Source: Camelus ferus
Taxonomy: Eukaryota
NCBI RefSeq assembly: GCF_009834535.1
Contig: NC_045696.1
Span: forward strand, 85,748,001 to 85,812,000
Reading direction: 5' to 3'
Length of the DNA: 64,000 nucleotides
Position numbers and translations under genes: made by a program. The notes below the pieces were generated by a model that worked only from the letters and a program-made list of their open reading frames with translations, was not told the DNA's origin and ran no database searches. Shown in pieces: positions 56,286 through 64,000 of the stretch. How positions within the stretch are numbered: the first letter of the stretch is position 1; every line of letters begins with the position of its first letter.

Positions 56286-56789
56286 GTATAATATTGCTGT
56301 TATACCGTTGAAGTTATCTTGTTATTATTATTTATTAATCAGCTTTGTATCCCTGAAAAACTGCATCTGGAACTTAGAAAATATGGATCAAAAGATAGTA
56401 TTGTTATAGCATTTGCCTGGCTGTTTACTCCAGGGCTTTATGTTACCAAATGGATTTTTTAAAAAATCTATTTAATCAATATTTCTCACTTAAATGCAAA
56501 AAATGTAGTAGACTTTTAGGAGTACACTAATTTTTCAGGTTTTTATAAATTCATATTAGTTAGTAACATTTTGGGTAATATAGTAAAGTTTTGTACATAT
56601 TTTTCAGTCACAGTTACAACTGCAATCATTTTTTTCATATATAATCAGCATAGACAAAGTGCACAAATGGTTAAAAAAATCAATATTTTCAAACAATGAT
56701 TGTTTTGCCAAAATATCTTATAGTTACAATTTACACATTCCAATATAGATAAAGTTTTATAATATTTTTTTTAAATTAATTTTTCCCAG

Positions 56790-56929
56790 AACTTACGAAA
56801 AGAACTGATGGATTACAATTTCAGAACCATGTGTATGGAAACCGAGCATATTCTTAGTGACGGATCATCCGTTTTGCATTATGATGTTCACAATCTATAT
56901 GGATGGTCACAAGTGAAACCTACTTATGA
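56790..56929 (+). CDS. SI: SI exon 37 with a +1 frameshift (premature TAG at 56855-56857)
   Basis: cccag|...|gtaagc; 140 nt. ELTKRTDGL reads in one frame and [36 protein letters not shown] in the next frame. Confidence 0.92.
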
Positions 56930-56999
56930 GTAAGCAGTCTTCACGATTATTCTTTCTATTACCTTTTAGATGTTAGATATAATGTTACCTACTTTAAGA

Positions 57000-57195
57000 C
57001 ACCTTCCTGCTGACCTTATCTTGCTTGGTCCCTTATGGCACTGAGAATAATTGTGCTTTTCTCTCTCTCTCTATCATTGTTTTATATTTTCATCCCAACT
57101 CAACAGAATACTGAGCCATTTAACTTTGTTCCCCAACATGTACTTAGCTCATAGCAGGTGCTCAGTGAATAATTTTGAATGAATAATTGAGTGAA
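57000..57195 (+). mobile_element. L2 3' end
   Basis: cttagctcatagcaggtgctcagtgaataattttgaatgaat. Confidence 0.55.
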
Positions 57196-57384
57196 TACTA
57201 TATAATTTGATGTCATTAATTAAAACATGAAAGCTTAGCTAAGCCTGTTATTTCAATCCATTATGAACGAATTAGAATGTGTCCATGACCTTGATCTCAA
57301 ACTTTAATATCCATGTTAAACAAGCTCTTATATGAGGCTGATGATGGAACACAAGCCATTCTTTGCGAATCAAGTCTGTATTAA

Positions 57385-57586
57385 CACTGTACAATAAAAT
57401 TTTCTGCAGTGATAGAAATGTTCTGTAATTCTGGATTGTCCAGTATGGTAGCCACTAGCCATATATGGCTGTTGGGTAATATGGCTAGTGCGACTCAGGA
57501 ATGGAATTTTTAAATTTTATTTAGTTTTCATAAATTTTAGATAAATAACCCCACATTGCTAGTGGCCACCGTATTACACAGTACAG
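57385..57586. mobile_element. MER3-like hAT-Charlie MITE
   Basis: ctgtacaata...ttctgcagtgatagaaatgttctgta...tggtagccactagcca...gctagtggccaccgtattacacagtacag, with internal inverted symmetry. Confidence 0.75.
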
Positions 57587-57594
57587 CTCTAGAT

Positions 57595-57736
57595 CACTGA
57601 TTCTTAACTCCACATTGCAACCAATTGGAGATTTTTTTGATAAATGCTAATTTAATTGGTCTATATTATAGCCTAAGCATCTGAAGTTTCAAAAATTCTC
57701 CAGGTGGTTCTAATGAGTATCCAGGATTGAAAACTG
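57595..57736. mobile_element. MER5-like hAT-Charlie MITE
   Basis: cactgattcttaac...tttaattggtct...ctccaggtggttctaatgagtatccaggattgaaaactg. Confidence 0.6.
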
Positions 57737-60700
57737 AAGTTGGGGAAAGAATGTAATGCCTTTTTGAGTAAAGAGTATGGGTAATATTTTCTCATTTAGT
57801 GAAACATGCTTATCTTATTTTAAGCATCAAACTCTTTTCAACCTACAATGAATAAATTATTTAAGATATTATTACATAAATTAATGAGTACAGATTTGTT
57901 TACTGGTTCACAATGTAAGGGCACCAAGATCATGCAGAAAGACTAGGAAATGTCATTTTTAAGAGTAAACAAACTGGTCTTCAACAGTGCCATTTTACTA
58001 GGGCAGATGTTTCTTAAATGGGACAATTAACCCTACTGGAACCTATTATTGGAGCACAATTATCATCAGCTGACCTCACTTTACGATAAAACTATAGATA
58101 TTAAAAGTAACAAAAATACTGAGAAATGACTGATGACCCCATTGGCAAAACTAATGTATTTAGAAAGGAAAGTATGTAGTTTAAGGGAAAATTGAAAGAA
58201 CATATTTTCTTCACAGAGGGCGGTAAATTGAATGTCTGGAGCACACTACGAAATCTAGCATGGGTCCTGAGACATTGTGGGATGCTTAGCAAATTTAAGT
58301 GAATCAATTATTATCCTACAACAACTATCAAAATTGTATAAATAAATTCAAGGAAAGAATAACAAAATTCTAAGGAGTTGAATTTAGTGATGTTTAAGAT
58401 CCATTTTTAACTCTTAAATAACATTATAAGGAAGATATCAGTACAATCCTCCAAAGAACATCCCTTTAATAGTGTTAATTTTTCTCCTGTCTGTAAAATT
58501 TTCCAGTAAAAGTTTAACCTTATTTGTTGTTTAGATTGAACAGATTAATGAATTTTAAATGTTGAGCTTAATTGCCCACTTTATGCATAGCCATAGACTT
58601 TTCATAAGTTTTAGAGATTAAATATAGTCATTATATGTTTAAGAACCTTGAAAAACATAAAGGGGTGCTATAAATAAATTAAATTCACATTTAGGCAAAT
58701 TATGGAGAGTAAAGACTTTTTATCATTGGAAAAAACTGAAAGGATTTTAAAATATATTTTTCCTTAAAGTTATTCAGACTAATATTTTATTGTTCTTTTT
58801 TGTGACTCATTTTTTGTTTCTCAAAACTGGAACAAATTTGACATTCAGCTAGTTCTTGTTATTGTGCTCTTTATTTAACATGAAACAAACAAGCAAACCA
58901 AGGAAAGAACAGTAGATAAATAATCAGCCTAAAAGATTCAAACAGTTTTATAGAAAGAACCTTGGATATCAGTGGCAAATGGAAAAGTTTCATATATAAA
59001 TCCCATATAAAGTTTTCAGTCTTCAGTTGGTCTCTTTTTTTAATTTAAAATTTAGTGTTGTACTGAAGTCTATGCTTCAAATGTAGGGAGAAATAAATTT
59101 TTAAAATTTCAAGTTGTGTGTTCAAATTTGAGATAATATTCAGGGATTATTTAGCTATGTAATCTGTATTTTCATCTTCAACAGTACCTTGAATGACTCT
59201 AGAAAATTCTACATATTTTTCATTAGAGATGACATAGAAAAATCAAAATCATTGACCCTTTTGGAAGTTCTGGTGGGGTTAAATATATAATTTTTAAGTA
59301 AATGCCTAAAATTTTTGTCATTGCAATCTAGAGTTAAATTTAAAAGTTAATAGATACAAACTCTTTTCTCACATATTCCTATAGACTGGCTTATTTAGTA
59401 TCTTGGAAAGTTATATTGCTTTTCTATGTTTAGTACATCTATCTACCTGGAAAAATGAGGTGCTTTTGCAATTTTTTTTAACAAAAAATAGGACTAGTGT
59501 AGATAAAAACAAACATGATGCAGCTCACTGTCCCACTTATTTGAAAGTTACAGCTGCAACTTTCTCTTACTTAGCTCTTAGTAAACTGAAAAAATACTGA
59601 ACATGCCTCTTAAATAATACTTCCTGATTAATATGGCTGAGTGGAACACTGATATAGCTGGTAACAGTGTTTTTAAAAAATGAGATCTGAACCCTTAAAA
59701 CTATTTCTGTGGTTTAGCCTTTCACATTCTTCTCACTAAAGGACATTTCAAATTTAAATTTTACATATACACTCAAAAACAATGGAAATATTTCAACATA
59801 CAAAAAGCTTGCTATCCAACTCTAACACTAAAACTAAAATTACATTTTCTGATCTAATAGTGAGTCTCTTTGAGATGAGAAATTGGCAAATTACTATTTC
59901 TAATGGATAATAAATATATAGTACTAATTTTTTGCTAAGAATGATTTTTAAAGTCTTTGATTTTCAAAGAGATATTTGAAATAAATATTGAGAAAAACCT
60001 TCTTGTAATAACTCTCTTTTCTTTGAACAATACTGGTCAATATTCTAAAATAATTTAGTATCACTCAATGAGAAGTATCTCAGGTGTATTTACCAGTTGA
60101 TTTCATCAATAATTAAAAGCAAGAATCAATTAAATTATTTTGAAATTATTATCTTTAGTAACCATGACAAAAGTAAAGGTATTTATTTACTGTAAGAAGC
60201 TTTAAAGTATGTTTTCAAATTTTCAATTTCATATTCACCTTTCACATCATCCACTTTTGTAATATGCGTGTATAGTTTTCTAAAAATCACTTTTTCCTTT
60301 TTGAAGGACTTTTTCCAGTAATTTGAGATACTTTTATAATTTTTATAATACTTTTCAAAAAATGCTCATGTAGACAGTTATAAACATGCAATAAAAATGC
60401 TTCTGTAAACAACATTAAAATTCTTTCTGTAAGGTAAATTTTCCAAAGTCAGCTGTTAACAGAGAGCAAACTTTCTTATGGTTTCTTAAAATTAAATTAA
60501 GTTCATTGTGACTAAACCATTTGTACAGGTGGAACATATCGGAAATATTAACAAAATATTTATAGTGACAAAATTTTAAATTACAGTTTTAGTGATAGCA
60601 AGTGATTTCTCAAATAAGAAATACTCTGTGATGGGTTACAAAGATTTTTCTAATACTAGAGGTGAGATTCCTCCTACAGGAAAATTATTGTGGAAATATT

Positions 60701-62360
60701 TTATGCAGAATTCTTCTTAATCAGAAATCTAAGAAGGCATAGTTTAGTTATTAATTTAAAGCCTTAGTGAAGATTTTTTTTGCAAAAGTAAGACATACAG
60801 CAGAAGAAAAATCCTTCAAGAGTATTTATTTCTTGCATGTGGACATTAAGAATTTGAGATAACTCTACTCTTGTAAACAAGTTTTAGTATTAGTTAAATA
60901 AAATGAATTTTTTTGCAAATTAACTTAACTTAGAATATATGATTCCATGCACATTTTAGATTGATCATCAATTTTTTATTACCTATATAAATATACATTC
61001 ATTCTTGTTAAATGTCTGCAAATATATGTGATTTATATTAAATACATTATTGTTCCTAAATTAACTAGATCTTTTATATTTGCTATAAAATTGAAGCAGT
61101 GAAGATGGTTTTCTTGTATGATCTTTTTAAAGAAACACATATATGCAAGTAGGAAATTTTAAGTTAACAAATGCAGTTTTGTCTCATTATCAACAAACGG
61201 TTCAATATATCAAATATGTGTGTTTAAAATATTTGCAGTTTCCTGTAGTTTTGAGATATTCATTAATTAAAAAATTTCTTACGCTGCTGTTATATGCCAA
61301 GCACTGTATTAAGTGTAAGGGATACAAAGAAGATTAAAGCAGCCCTTAACCTCATGAATCTCAAGGTCTCATTGAAGAAGCTTTATATATAAACAAATCG
61401 GTATAAACACTGTGATCTGTCTTTAACAAGGAAATGATTAGATATAGTTGATAACATGTTACTGGGTTACAAATCAGCCTAGTTAGGTATTTGAAGTATT
61501 TTCTCCTGATAAGTTCTGTAGTCCTTATTGATATACAATTTTTTTTAGTAATATAAAAATAAACATTTTATTTCTGATTAATATAATAGTGAAAAAATTT
61601 TATTTTGGATACTTTTATAATTGTAATATCAGAAACATAATTACAGCTAATACAGATAATATAAAATAATGCATTATTGCCTCATTCTCAGCACTAGAAT
61701 ATATTTTAAAATAAATAATGAATTAATAAAGTAGCTCTCCAAAGACTGAGGAGGGGAGAACAGAAAAATACATGATCTACTTTTAAACCCATTCTCTTGA
61801 GATCTGGCTTTGGACAAATTTTATGCTTGAAATAGAACAATTGCTTTTATTTTTAAGACCCAGGAAACCCTTGCTCTCTCTAAAGTACCCTCTAAAACAG
61901 AGAGTATTATAGCAAAGATTTTCTGCAGGGTAATACGGAGAATAAGTGTTAATAAGTTATAGTTGAGAAGCACTGCAACAATTAATAGAGCCTAAATCTT
62001 TATTCGAGAGAACATTTTTAAGTAGAATAAACTGAGTTCATTAAAAAAAACTCACATTATAATTAGTTGATTTGAAAATATCAGTAGTTGACTTAATTTG
62101 TATTCACTGAGCAAATAAATAAAGGCCACTTAGGCATGTCACTCTGGTAAATGTTGGAAGGGAAGAAAGATGTCCTTCATGCCTGTGAGGATTTTTTAGT
62201 GTAATGAGAGAAAACTCAATTATAAAGAGCTAGTTGTAATAAGAGACAGCATAGACAGCAAAAATCAAATCCTTTTTTCTTTAATGAAATGGTCCTAAGT
62301 AGAAATATCTGAAGAAAATACCTCATGTAAAAACTTACAGATCCTCTCCATCTATATTAG

Positions 62361-62494
62361 TGCACTGCAGAAGGCAACTGGCAAAAGAGGAATTGTTATT
62401 TCTCGTTCCACTTATCCTACTGCTGGACAATGGGCGGGACACTGGCTGGGAGACAACTATGCAAAATGGGACAGTTTGGACAAATCTATCATTG
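62361..62494 (+). CDS. SI: SI exon 38 (sucrase acid/base HWLGDN; Asp codon 62452-62454, human D1500)
   Basis: attag|...|gtatgt; 134 nt; [44 protein letters not shown]. Confidence 0.95.
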
Positions 62495-63481
62495 GTATGT
62501 GAGAGCCACCATCTTTATCATTCTTCTTTTAAATTTAAATTTAAATTCTTTTAAATTTTCTATTAGGTACTCACTTTTGCTAGTTCATATACTTTGTAAG
62601 TCCTTCTCTGAGATATGCTTTTGGCATCATATTTTATGACAAATAGCATTATGAAAAGGCAGTGGGCCAGAAAGCAGGACCTGGGGTGCTGTGTAGAAGT
62701 TAATGATATCCAGCTAGTTTATGTTGAGAAAATAATTTCATCCCTTTTGGTCTCAATTTCCCTGTTGGAAAGAGTAGAAACTGGAAAATATATAGAGGTA
62801 AGAAGAAATTCTAGATTCTAGGGAATAAGAATCACTCATAGATGCTAAAGTATGAAACATTTCATACCAAATTTTGAAAGTTTTCTGAAAGTGGTCGATT
62901 AAAGAGTAAAGAAAATAAAGTATCAAAGGAGAAATGGATTCTTTTCTGTTTCAGATCTAGACTTAAAAATACTTTACTATTTATATTAGAGTTCAAGGAA
63001 AACAATGTTTAGAAATATTCCTTTAAAATAAGAGCTGTGAAATCACATGCATTCTATTTTATTAAAGTAATCATTCCTTATAGGAGTTCGTCTAACAAGG
63101 ATAATTCAGTGATGAGACCTATGGTTAAATGATAATAGAGACAGCCTAAATTTATTTTAAAAACAGAACCAAGGAAACCACTAAGACTTTCTTCTCATAC
63201 TGTAATGTGTCCATAACAGTTTTGTGGTCTAAATGTGACATCTTGAAAATGTCAAGGAAGCGATATCGTGTCTTATTTTTATAAATGCCATTAACACTAT
63301 AAAAAATATATATATAAATTTCATTAGAAGAAATATTAGAAAAGTATATTAATAATCTGAAAAATGTTTCATTGAATTAGTGGTCAGTATTAGAAATAGA
63401 ATATACCAAAATCAGGAAAAAGCAAATGTTAAAATATATGAAGTAGTGGCTTTCTACAAGTTTATTCCTCTTTTTTTTAAG

Positions 63482-63516
63482 GTATGATGGAATTTAGTCT
63501 TTTTGGAATGTCATAT
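63482..63516 (+). CDS. SI: SI exon 39
   Basis: ttaag|...|gtaagt; 35 nt; GMMEFSLFGMSY. Confidence 0.93.
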
Positions 63517-63603
63517 GTAAGTATCTCTATTCCTTTTATGTTTATCACTTGTTAATATTAGGGAACAAACTGTACAAATTAATTAAATGTAACTATATTT
63601 TAG

Positions 63604-63801
<198 letters not shown>

Positions 63802-64000
63802 TGATCTGGAGATGAATGCTTTGAATCTCTTTACATTTACTGAGGGTCATCTGAGCCCATCACTTTGAGAAATTTCTGACTTGGGTTCGACTTGGTTAGC
63901 TTGCATACTTACTATTGTTCTGTGTAACTTCGGAGTAGCCTGGGGCAGTGGGGGTGAAAACTGCTTCTGCAGATTCTTAACAAGCTGGAACAGAAAAATT

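Noticed and set aside
56823..56824. tttcag cryptic acceptor as a rescue for the frameshift
   Set aside because: It looks stronger than the AAG site, but gives a 105-nt exon in the wrong frame that ends in TGA.
56930..62360. An intact duplicate of exon 37 in intron 37
   Set aside because: I found no second [13 protein letters not shown] sequence by eye, only repeats and AT-rich DNA.

Overview
AT-rich mammalian genomic DNA, probably camelid judging from a Vic-1-like tRNA-derived SINE. The whole window lies inside the sucrase-isomaltase gene (SI, GH31) on the + strand. I traced 37 consecutive coding exons (exons 4-40, numbered as I recall the human gene), all with GT-AG boundaries. They cover the end of the first trefoil, the whole isomaltase subunit and most of the sucrase subunit. 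All four catalytic Asp residues are present (WIDMNE twice, HWLGDN twice). Thirty-six exons splice in frame. Exon 37 (56790-56929) is 140 nt instead of 139 because of one extra A at 56817/56818. This frameshift gives TAG at 56855-56857, between the sucrase nucleophile and the acid/base catalyst. A cryptic AAG acceptor 13 nt downstream would restore the frame. The sucrase half also has Glu in place of the conserved +1-subsite Asp (TRD->TRE). Together these suggest lesions specific to the sucrase domain in a foregut fermenter, but an assembly error cannot be excluded from one sequence. The introns hold L1 (one with a 5' inversion), L2, MIR, LTR and hAT relics, microsatellites, a diverged duplication flanking exon 24 and two perfect PRDM1/IRF-type motifs. 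Human residue numbers and repeat family names come from recall, not from database searches, and repeat boundaries are approximate.
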